From contig JAPDFW010000073.1 of assembly GCA_028826165.1 (NCBI GenBank), positions 248,001 through 312,000 of the forward strand: a stretch of DNA of 64,000 nucleotides. Direction: 5' to 3'. Numbering within the stretch: position 1 is the stretch's first letter; each line of letters starts with the position of its first letter. This stretch comes from Anaeramoeba ignava BMAN. Lineage: Eukaryota; Protista; Anaeramoebae. Shown here piece by piece: positions 21,903-32,846 of this stretch. The notes beneath the pieces were generated by a model. That model was not told where the DNA came from. It made no database searches and was given only the letters and a program-made list of their open reading frames with translations. The position numbers and the translations under genes were made by a program.

Positions 21903-23534
21903 TCATTTCTTTTTTGAACTATTTTTCCAATTTTCCCAAAAAAAATGAATTGAATTCTCAAGAATTTGCATTTCCAACAAAGTATCACAAAATAATAAAA
22001 CATAATCAATTTTTTGGAAATTTGGGGATATTTTCATCATTCTTTGATCACCTCTCAAAAGAAAGTGATCCAAATTACGTTGGAACTTTTGGAACTGGAT
22101 TGTACGATAATGATTATCGACACAAATACCAATTTTAAACCCATTTTCGCGGATTTTAATGTAACCAGGAACAAATTTTCCAGTGAAAAAAACACCAGTT
22201 AAAAAAGTGACTTTTCCCTCTTTCAAAAAATTCTTGAGATAAACATCCTTGTTATCAACACTCTGCATATTAGAAAGTGTTTTGAGATTCTTTGAGACGT
22301 GTTTGGGAAGATTAGGATGAGACTCTCGAGCATTCAGTGGTATTTTAGGCAAGGGGAATTTTTGCGACCGAGTTTCGTTGAAGATTTTAACTGTTTCGAT
22401 CAAAGTGTCTCTCTGAAGAAAATCCTCCATCATCAACAAGAAATGGTGGTCTGGATTTTCATCGAGAGCAATATGGATCATTTTGGACTTTGGTTCATGC
22501 AATCCAATCTTCAAATTAGGACTCCAATCAGTAGTGACAATGACACCGAGCAAATTGTGTTCTAAAGAGATTCCTTTTGATCTAAGACTCAAAATGTAGC
22601 CTTTTTGCGGGATTTTTTCCTCTTGGGGAAGAATCAAATGGATCACAAAATCCGCCTTTCCTGTTCTTGCAAAATTGACAACCGAATTGATGATGATTTG
22701 ATTTTTCAGTTCGAAGAGATCAGTGATATTTTTCATTGAATTCAACTCTGAATGAAGGTTCCATCTCTGCGGAGTCATTGACAAATAAATCTCATCCAAA
22801 GCAAACAGTTCGTCTGTTGATTCATTCTTGTCGTTTTCTGTCAAGTCAACACTAAACGGATTGGGCGAGAATTCCATCCCAATCTTCGGCAAACTAGCCT
22901 TTTTGCGATGGACATGAGACGGCGATTCAAAGGCATTTGGTTTGCTCTCAAACTCCTGAAGCTTTTTGCTGAGAAGAACAATCGCATCGAGTTGTTTTTT
23001 ATTATTATTTTTTTCCGTTAAATTTTTTTGATTTTTTTCAATAAGCTCAATGATGTCTTCGTCTGAAGAAGACAATCCAGTAGGCAACTTGAACATCTGG
23101 GGCTCTGAATCTTCCTCCTTTTTTTTCTCGCTCTCTTTTTTCTCGATGCTTAATATAATTGTCTTTATTTGCAGATGATATAAAGAGGTGACAAGATCAA
23201 GTCTTGCTTTTTGATCTTTTTCAATTAGTTTAATTGTATTTGAAACTGTAAGTGTTTCTATTTCAAAATTTATTTCCAATTGCCTGCGAAAATTCGACAG
23301 ATTATCAAGTTGTTGCTTTTTATTTGGGGATTGATATATTTTCGGTATTGTTGTTTCTGGATATGTTAGTTTGTTCATTAATTTACACAACAAAATTCCA
23401 TTTGGATTGATTATTTCTTCTTCTTCTATTTTTTTATCTTCAAGTATTTCTTGAATCCATTTTGTTGCTTGTGTAAGTTTTGTTTGAAAATCAAGCGGTT
23501 GATAAAAGAAATTTTCATTTGTATTCATCCACAT
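21903..23534 (-). CDS. Protein with an N-terminal calponin-homology domain and possible PH-like C-terminal domains
   Basis: Probable start MWMNTN at 23534 (TCATTTT upstream; the earlier part of the called ORF is F-rich intergenic sequence). CH motifs ATKWIQEIL, NGILLCKLMNKL and LDNLSNF. Confidence 0.75.
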   Translation of the reverse strand: MWMNTNENFFYQPLDFQTKLTQATKWIQEILEDKKIEEEEIINPNGILLCKLMNKLTYPETTIPKIYQSPNKKQQLDNLSNFRRQLEINFEIETLTVSNTIKLIEKDQKARLDLVTSLYHLQIKTIILSIEKKESEKKKEEDSEPQMFKLPTGLSSSDEDIIELIEKNQKNLTEKNNNKKQLDAIVLLSKKLQEFESKPNAFESPSHVHRKKASLPKIGMEFSPNPFSVDLTENDKNESTDELFALDEIYLSMTPQRWNLHSELNSMKNITDLFELKNQIIINSVVNFARTGKADFVIHLILPQEEKIPQKGYILSLRSKGISLEHNLLGVIVTTDWSPNLKIGLHEPKSKMIHIALDENPDHHFLLMMEDFLQRDTLIETVKIFNETRSQKFPLPKIPLNARESHPNLPKHVSKNLKTLSNMQSVDNKDVYLKNFLKEGKVTFLTGVFFTGKFVPGYIKIRENGFKIGICVDNHYRTIQFQKFQRNLDHFLLRGDQRMMKISPNFQKIDYVLLFCDTLLEMQILENSIHFFWENWKNSSKKK

Positions 23535-23715
23535 TTTAATTTTAAAGAAAAAAAAATGAAAATTCAAAAAAAAAAATTCTTTTTGATTTTCTAAAAAAAA
23601 AAAATTTTTTTTAATTGATTGGAAAAGATTAAAAAAAAACAATTGAGGAAGAAAAAAAGAAAAAAAAGAAATTGGGAAAAAATTGGGAAAAAAAAAAGTG
23701 TCAAAAAAAAAAATT

Positions 23716-26700
23716 TCAATTTTGATCCAATTCAGTTGAAAAATTTTGAGGATTAGTTTCAGTGCTTGTATCTGAAAAAGTAGTATCTTCTTGATTATCA
23801 AAAGAGCTTTCAGAAAGCCAAAGATTTTTTAAACATTCAGCAGGCGAAATTCTATTTTGGTAATCATAACTCAACATTGGGAGCAAGAAAGAGCAAATTT
23901 GGTCAGAATCTTGAGGAGTAAAATGATATTTTGAAACAAGAATATCTTTTAAAGGCAAGTAATAAATTCTGCTGATATTTTTCAGTTTTCCGTTAGAATT
24001 AAAAAATTTTTCCGATTTCGGTCCACCAAGTGCTAATTCTTTTGGAATATCACCAATAAGTTCCATAATCAACGCTAAATGTTCTTCATCTTTTGAGCAA
24101 TATTCCCTTTTTTTGGGATTGAAAAGAAAATCCCCAGTCAGAAGCTCAAAAATCATGCATCCCAATGACCAAGTGTCTGCAGATTCTGTATATTCGTATC
24201 CCAGAATAACTTCTGGTGACCGATATTGTCGTGTTTGGATATTTGGCGCAAAATGCTTGTCTACCCAGCATGCATTTCCAAAATCAATAATTTTGCATTT
24301 GATTGGTTTTTCTTCCAATTTTTGTTTTTTCTTTGAATTTGTTGTTTTTTGTGTTTTTGTTTCGTTTGAATTTTCTTCGTCTTTTGTTGATTTATTTGAT
24401 TTGGAATCACTTGAATCAATTTTATCAGTGCTTGTTGACTTTGTGATTTGTTTTGTTTCCTTTTTATTTTTATTTTTATTTGTATTTTTATTTTTATTTG
24501 CATTTGCATTTGTATTTTTATTTTTATTTTTTTCATTTTCTTGATTCTTTTTGAATTTTTGTAATCTTGATTTAAAAGGATAAAGATTTTTTGATTGAAC
24601 TGTTTTTTTGTTTTTTGTGTCTTTTGTATCTTTTGGAATTGCAAATGATGTGATTTTTTCTGTTGAAAGTTTTGGTTTTCTTAAAACTCTTGGTTTCAGC
24701 ATAGATGATTTTGTGATATTGAATGAACTATGATTCAAAGATATTTTGGGCAAAGAATCATTTGATATTTCAACTTTTTTTTCTTTTTCTTTTTCTTTTT
24801 CTTTTTCTTGATTTTGATCTTGATTTTGTGATTTCCATGATTTTTGATTTTTTTTTCCTTTTAATTCTATTCCCATTTCTGATATAGTTTTTAATATTTG
24901 AATTTTGGATGAGGAATGAATTGGCTTTTTTAATTCTTTTTTGGCAACTGTTTTTTTTTCTGGTATTTTTTTATTTGCAACTGGTTTTGTATTTTGTTTT
25001 GGAGGTTTAGGAGAGGTTGATTGAAGGTTGCGAATTGGTGATTTAGATGGAATTTTGGCAGGTGGAGGTGAGGAATCACTATTTTGTTTTTCTCTTAAAG
25101 ATTTTTTCATTTCCATTCTTTTTTGAATCAATCTTTTTCTTTGATAATATCTTTCTGTAAAACTAGTTCCTAATTTTTTGAGTGCTGTTTTTGAAAAGGA
25201 GCCAACTTTATAATAAAGCATAACATTTTCGGGTTTTATATCGGTATGAATAATTTTGCATTTTGTTTGAAGATAGTCTAATCCTATTAGCATTTGTTTG
25301 CTTAAACTTTTAACCATTGGAACTGGGAGTCCTAAATAATGGTATTCTTTGATTAATCCTAGTAGATTTTTATCTCCAAGCAGCTCAAAAACCATGCAAG
25401 GATCTTTTCAATTTTTTAATTTATAATTTTTTAATTTATTGATTTGAATTAAATTCGAAATAAATGTAATATATATACGTGTTCCATTTGGTCCTTTTAT
25501 GAAAAAATGATCAAATAAACGAACTACATGATTTTTTCCTTCTCGATCTTCTATATAAATTTTTTTTAAAATACTAATTTCATCTTGAACAGCAACTTGA
25601 TATTCTTTGCCACTTTTTACAATTTTAAGAGCAACATATCGACTTTTTTGGAAATCATCTGCTGCCCAAACTGTTGAAAATTGTCCCCATCCAATTTTGC
25701 ATAATATTTTGTATCTTTTATAATAAACATCACCAACTTTCACTGGATGATATCCACCTTTTTTGTTTTGAATATTAAATATTGAATTTTGAATATTGAA
25801 TTTTAAATATTGAATTTTGAATATTGAATTTTAAATATTGAATTTTAAATATTGAATTTTAAATATTGAATTTTAAATATTGAATTTTAAATATTGAATT
25901 GAATTGAATTGAATTGAATTGAATTGAATTAAATATTGAATTGAATCGAATATTAAATTGAATATTGAATTGAATATTGAATTGAATATTGAATTGAATA
26001 TTGAATTGAATTAAATTGAATATTGAATTGAATTGAATTGAATTGAATTGAATTGAATTGAATTGAATATTGAATTGAAAAATTTGAATCGAATATTAAA
26101 TTGAATTAAATATTGAATTGAATTGAATTAAATTGAATTGAATATTGAATTGAATTTTGAATTGAATTGAATATTGAATTGAATTGAATTGAATTGAATT
26201 GAATTGAATTAAATTGAATTGAATTGAATTAAATTGAATTGAATTGAATTTTGAATTGAATTGAATTGAATGTTGAATTGAATTGAATTTTGAATTGAAT
26301 TGAATTAAATTAAATATTAAATTGAATATTGAATTGAATATTAAATTAAATATTAAATTGAATTAAATTGAATTAAATTGAATTGAATTGAATATTGAAT
26401 TGAATATTAAATTGAATGTTGAATTAAATTAAATTGAATTGAATTAAATTGAATATTAAATTAAATTGAATTAAATTGAATTAAATTTTAAATTGAATTG
26501 AATATTAAATTGAATTGAATATTAAATTGAATTGAATATTAAATTGAATATTAAATATTAAATTGAATATTAAATTGAATTTGAATTGAATTGAGTTGAA
26601 TTGAATTAAATTAAATTAAATTAATTTGAATTGAATTGAATATTAAATTGAATTGAATTGAATTGAATATTGAATTGAATATTGAATTAAATTGAATTAA

Positions 26701-26943
26701 GTTAAATTAAAAAAAATGAAGCAAGTAAAACTTCAAGATGAAAATAATCTCTATACCAGGTTTATATTCAGACTGATCTTCTTGATCAGATTCACTTGAA
26801 GTTTTTGCAATTTGTGCTTGTAAAGGAACTTTCTTTTTAATAAATTTCTTTGTAATTTTTTTTTTCGATTGTCCAGTTGTTTTTTTTGATTGTAAATTCG
26901 ATTTTGTAATTAAATTTGACTTTGATTTTTTTTTCGGAATCAT
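23716..26943 (-). CDS. SRPK-family (SR protein) kinase; 3 exons, introns 25758-26756 and 25404-25478
   Basis: The spliced product reads YKPGGYHPV, IGWGQFSTVW, GPNGTHPCMVFELLG, IIHTDIKPEN, DFGNACW and IQTRQYRSPE, with the K-rich spacer typical of SRPKs. Confidence 0.93.
25765..26705. repeat. (TTGAA)n-type repeat filling SRPK intron 1
   Basis: Directly visible. Confidence 0.9.
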
Positions 26944-27523
26944 TTAATTATTGTGATTATAATTATAATTATTATTATTATTGTTTTTTTTTGTTAAATT
27001 AATGTTTAATGTTTAATGTTTTATGTTTAATGTTTAATGTTTTTTTCCTTCGCTTTATTTATAAAAAAAAATTTTTTAAAAAAAAAATTTAACAAATAGA
27101 AAAAAAAAAAAGTTAGAAGAAAGTAAAAAAATGAAATTGAAAAATTTGAAAAAAAAAAAAAAATTTAATTATGAGAAAAAAGAAATCTTAAAATTAATTT
27201 AAAAGAAAGAAAAAATCATTTTATTTTATTTTAGAAAGAAAGCAAATAAATTTTAATTTTAATTTTAATTAAAAGATTATTTTTTTTTTATTTTTTATTT
27301 AAATTTTTTTTTTAGAAATTTTTATTTGAAATTAAAAAAAAATTATTGAAAATGAAAAAATGAGAAAAAAAAAAAAGGCAAAATTCTCTTGTTAATCCCA
27401 GAAACGAAAAGAAACAAGAGACCAAAAAAAATATAAAAAAGAGAAAACAGCAAAATGATTAGAAATAGTGGATATTTTTTTTTGACTAGTGAACCGAAAA
27501 CAAAAAAAATTTTTTTTTTAGGA

Positions 27524-30500
27524 TTAAAGAATGATACAACAAGATTTAGATTGAGAAGGTGTTGGATCATCTGTAACAGCTGGTTTTGATTTATATTCTT
27601 TAATCCTTCTCACAAGTGCTTCAAAACAAAGAGCAACATTTGTTCCAGTTTTTGCAGAACTGAATAATAAATTAATAAAATAATAAAATAATAAAATAAT
27701 AAAATAATAAAATAAATTTACAAATCAGAAAATAAGTATAATTTAAGAAAAATACCATTCAAAAAACTTTGCTTGATATTGATCTGCAAGTTCTTCTCCT
27801 TGTTTTGGTTCAATTTTTCTATCTTGTTCGAGATCTATTTATAAATTCGAAATTCAATTCAAATCAATATTCAATTCAAAATTTAATATTTAATTCAAAA
27901 TTCAAATTTAATTCAATTTAATTCAATTCAATTCAATTCAATTCAATTTAATATTCAATTCAATTCAACATTTAATTCAAATCAATATTCAATATTTAAT
28001 ATTCAATTCAATTCAATTCAATTTAATATTCAATACAATATTCAATTCAATTTAATATTCAATTTAATATTCAATACAATATTCAATTCAATTTAATATT
28101 CAATTTAATTCAAATCAATATTCAATTCAATATTTAATTCAATTCAATATTCAATTCAATATTCAATTCAATTCAAATCAATATTCAATTCAATTCAATA
28201 TTCAATTCAATTCAATTCAATTCAATTCAATACAATTCAATTTAATTCAATATTCAATACAATATTCAATTCAATTTAATATTCAATTCAATATTCAATT
28301 CAATATTCAATTCAATTTAATTCAATATTCAATTCAATTCAATATTCAATTCAATTCAATTTAATTTAATTCAATTTAATTCAATTCAATTCAATTCAAT
28401 TCAATTCAATACAATTCAATATTCAATTCAATATTTAAAATAATACTTACCACTTTTATTTCCAGCAATAACGATAGGAATTCCTAAACTCCTTGTTGTT
28501 ATAATTGATTGAAGAAGTTTAGTTGCTTTTTGTAAGCTTGTAAATGATGTAATACTATAAACAACAACAAAACCATCTGAATTTTGAAGATACTATTTAA
28601 AAATTTTTCAAAAAAAAAATAAATTTCAACCATTATTACAAAAATTTTTTATAAGAATTCCTTTCTATAATTGATCAAGCCTCAAGAAAATCCTTTTTTA
28701 AATATTTATATTTATATTTATATTTATATTTATTTCATATTTATATTTATATTTATAATTTTATTTATAATTTGATATTTATATTTATATTTATATTTAT
28801 ATTTATATTTATATTTTATAATTTAATATTTTAATATTTATATTTATATTTATATTTTATATTTAATATTTATATTTATATTTATATATATATTATATTT
28901 TATATTTATATTTATATTTAATTTTATATTTATTTTATATTTAATTTAATTTTATATTTATATTCATATTTATCAATTCAATTTTATATTTATATTTTAT
29001 ATTTATATTTATGTTTTAATTCAATTCAATTTTATATTTAATTAAATTTATATTTTAATTCAATATTTAATTTATATTTTAATTTAATTTTCAATTTATT
29101 TTATTTATATTTTATATTTTATATTTATATTTTATAATTATATATTTAATTTAAATTTTATGTTTATATTTTATATTTATATTTGATTGAAGATTTTTAG
29201 TTGCTTTTTGTAAGTTTGTAAATGATTTATATTTTTATAATTATAACATTTTTTATATTTTGAATTTTATATTTAAAATATTTTCAAAAATTTCAATTTA
29301 TTATATTTAAAATTATAATTTTCATATATTTTATATTTATATATTTTATATTTATCATTTTATCAAGAATTTATTTTATATTTATATTTATATTTATATT
29401 TATATTTTATTTATATTTATATTTATATTTAATATTTATATTTATATTTATATTTATATTTAAATTTTTATTTTATTTTTATATTTATTTTATATATTTA
29501 TATTTTATATTTATATTTATATTTTATTTTAAATTTATATTTATATTTATATTTATATATTTATTTTTATTTTTTTTTTATATTTATATTTATTTTATAT
29601 TTATATTTATATTTATATTTTTATATTTATATTTATATTTTATTTATATTTTTATATTTATATTTTATATTTATATTTTATATTTATATTTATATTTATA
29701 TTTATATTTTATATTTTATATTTATATTTATATTTATATATTTATATTTTTATTTTATTTTATATATATTTTATATTTATATTTATATTTATATTTATAT
29801 TTATATTTATATTTATATTTATATTTATATTTATATTTATATTTATATTTATATTTATATTTATATTTATATTTATATTTATATATTTATATTTATATTT
29901 ATATTTATATTTATATTTATATTTATACTTATAATTAATTGTATTCTAAACTTGAAAATTTAAAAAAGTTTAAAATGGAAGAAAAAAAATTTTTTTTTTG
30001 ATAAATAAATTAAATAATAAACAAATCGATCAATTTTAATCAGGATAAAAAAGGATTTTCTTGAAAAAAATAAGAAAGGATAAATAAGTATAAGAAGAAT
30101 GAAGAATAAATACACGGTCCATGACTGAATGAAACTCTTCCTGACCAGCAGTATCTCTTAGCTCTAAAAGAAAGGGTTCTTCATCTATCATAATATTTTT
30201 GCGATAAAGTTCCTCTTTGGAAATTATAAAAATCAAAAATAACCAATAAAAATGATTCAAAAAGTTTCAAAGAGTTTTTTTTTCTAATTATTTTACCAAT
30301 TGTTGGATGATAATCTTCGGAAAATTTATCTTGTAAAAATCTTAAAGTCATACAAGATTTTCCAACTTGATTTTTTTTAAAAAAGAAAAAGAAAAAAAAA
30401 AGAGAAAAAGAAAAAATTAATGTATTAATTTGGGGATTAATTATTAATTAAATTAAATTAAATTAAATTAAATTAAATTAAATTTAATTTTATTTTTGTG

Positions 30501-30585
30501 TGTTTTAATAAAAAATAAATTTATTTTTGTTTAATTTACCTGCTCCATCTCCTATTATTGCTGCACTGTATTTAGTTGGTTCCAT
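27524..30585 (-). CDS. Ras-family small GTPase, 6 exons
   Basis: Manual splicing gives MEPTKYSAAIIGDGAVGKS, YHPTIEE, DTAGQEEF, NKSD, ECSAK and a C-terminal CCIIL CaaX. All introns are GT-AG; the long ones are 28593-30113 and 27835-28450. Confidence 0.92.
27845..28440. repeat. (TTCAA)n-type repeat filling Ras intron 4
   Basis: Directly visible. Confidence 0.9.
28700..29930. repeat. (TATATT)n repeat in Ras intron 3
   Basis: Directly visible. Confidence 0.9.
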
Positions 30586-31076
30586 TTTAATAACAAAAAA
30601 AAAATGAAATTGAAATAAAACAAAAATAAAAAAAGAAAAAAAAAATTAACTGAAAAAAAAATGATTTTTTTATAAAGCAAAATTCAATTAAAAAAAATTT
30701 TGTTTTAATTTTTTTCTTTTTCCTTTTTTTAAAATTTTTCTCTTTTTTTTTTTTTCAATTTAAAATTTATCTTTTAAAATCGATCAAAACAAAATACAAA
30801 CATAAATTTGGATTAAAAACAAAAAAAAAAGAAGAAAAAAAAAAGAGGAAAAATTATTTTTCATTCTTTTTTTTTTTCAATTTTTTAATAAAGAAGAAAA
30901 TAAAATTTATCAATAATTTGAATTAAAATTGTTTTTTAATCTTTTTTTTATTTTTAAATGTCAAATTTCCTCTTTTATTCCACTTTTTTAAAATTTAAAA
31001 GAAAAAAAAAATATTTTTTCATTTTTCATTTTTCATTTTTTTCATTTTTTTCATTTTTTTCATTTTTTTAATTAAA

Positions 31077-32734
31077 ATGTTATTGGCAATTAAAAATAAA
31101 GATATTGATTCTTTAAAAAAATATACTACAAAACAAAATCTCTTTCTTCCAGTAATTAAATCATTAAGAAAAAATAATAATTTTCAAAAAAATTAATTTT
31201 TGTTTTATAAATAGAATGTAAATTATTAAATAAATAATTTATTTCAATAAAAATTAATTTCAAAAAATTAAACAGAATAATTCACCACTTCATGTTGCAA
31301 TTTCATCTAAATCTGGAATACAGATTTTAAGTTATTTACTTAGTTTAGGATATAATATTAATGAAACTAATGTATTTTTGTTATTAATTTTGTTATTTTA
31401 TATTTTGAATTAAATATTTTTTTATTCACAATAAAAAGGAAGTAAAAATGAAATTAAAATTTATTCAAAATAAAAAGGAAGTAAAAATTAAAATTAAAAT
31501 TTATTTTAAAATTTAAATTTACTTTAAAATTAAAATTTATTTTAAAATTTAAATTTATTTGAAAATTAAAATTTATTTGAAAATTGAAATTAGTATTAAA
31601 AATTATTTGAAAAAAAAGTTTTTAAAATTTTATTTTTTCCAATTTGAAAATTAAAAATTTCCTTTTTAGAAAAATATGTAAATATACATTTTTTATGCTT
31701 GTATTCCTTTTTTTTTTACATTATGCTTGTATTTTTGATGATGTTGATGCAATTTCATTTCTTTTAAAAAATGGAGCAAATCCAACTTGTGTTAATGTAT
31801 ATATTTTTTAAAATTAAATTTAAATTTAACAATAAAAATAAATATAAATATAAATATAAATAGATGGTAAAAATATAAGATGAACTTCCAAAAAAATTGT
31901 TTCAAAACTAATTTAACCAATTCTTTTTGAAAATATTTATTTTTAGTTTGTAAGTATTTTAGAAAATATAATAAAGAAATAAATTTGAAAAAATAATTAT
32001 AATAATTATAATAATAATTATAGGGACAAACAGCAAATGATTTAACATATGGAAGAAATACAAATGAAATTATTCTAAGTTTTATGAGTGTAGTTGATGA
32101 TATTTCAAAATTATTTACAAATCAAGAATTAACTGATTTAGAAATTAAAACAGCAAGTGAAAGTGTTTTTGCACATTCATTGATAGTAAAATTAAGATTA
32201 GAAATAGATGATTTAACAACATTATTAATCATATTGAAAAGTTATTTGGCAAACGAAGTGAAAATATTTATGAAATGGGTTTATGGAGAAACACCAAATG
32301 AAGAAGAAACAGAGAAAATATGTTCAATATTAGAAAAAATAGGGATAAATAAAGAAAAATTCAATGAAAAGACAGGAAGAAATGGATTATTAAAGGATTT
32401 AATAAGATTATTTCAAATTGAAGAATCAAAAGATTTCAAAATTATATCAGAAGGAATTGAAATTAATATTCACAAAGTGATTTTACTTGCCAGAAGTGAA
32501 TTATATCGAGGAATGTTTTTGAGTGTTAATGACAAATCAAACAAAGTATCTGATTATAGTCGCAAAAAGCCTGAAACTGTTCAAGCTTTGGTTAATTTTT
32601 TATATACTGAAAATTTGGATCCAAATTTACCAAAAGATATTTTGGAAGAATTGCATGATGCTCATGATTATTATCAACTTTCTCCTCATTCTTCTCTTCC
32701 TTTTCTTCTTGATTCTCTTCTTGATTCAAATTGA
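31077..32734 (+). CDS. Ankyrin-repeat plus tandem BTB protein with 3-nt microexons
   Basis: Exons 31077-31151, 31276-31371 (NNSPLHVA...GYNINETN), about 31716-31796 (LHYAC...GANPTCVN; acceptor unclear) and 32024-32734 (GQTA... HKVILLARSELYRGMF). Candidate microexons 31215-31217, 31439-31441, 31864-31866 and 31947-31949. Confidence 0.85.
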
Positions 32735-32846
32735 ATCTTTCTTTCTTTTTTTCTTTTCTTTTTTTTCCTTTTTTTTCATTTCCATTTTGATTTTTAAATT
32801 TTAATAAAAAAATTTTTCTTTTTATTTTTCTTTTTCTTTTTCTTTT

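Noticed and set aside
23535-23801. N-terminal 89 aa of the called 632-aa ORF overlapping the SRPK 3' end
   Set aside because: F-rich translation of T-rich intergenic sequence; the ATG at 23534 has the typical upstream motif.
24300-25200. Long insertion in the kinase domain as a possible intein
   Set aside because: It is a low-complexity K/N/S-rich spacer at the usual SRPK insert position, with no visible intein splice-junction or endonuclease motifs.
28682-30064. MITE or DNA transposon defined by the 19-bp inverted repeat
   Set aside because: No target-site duplication, no second copy in the window, and the interior is simple repeat.
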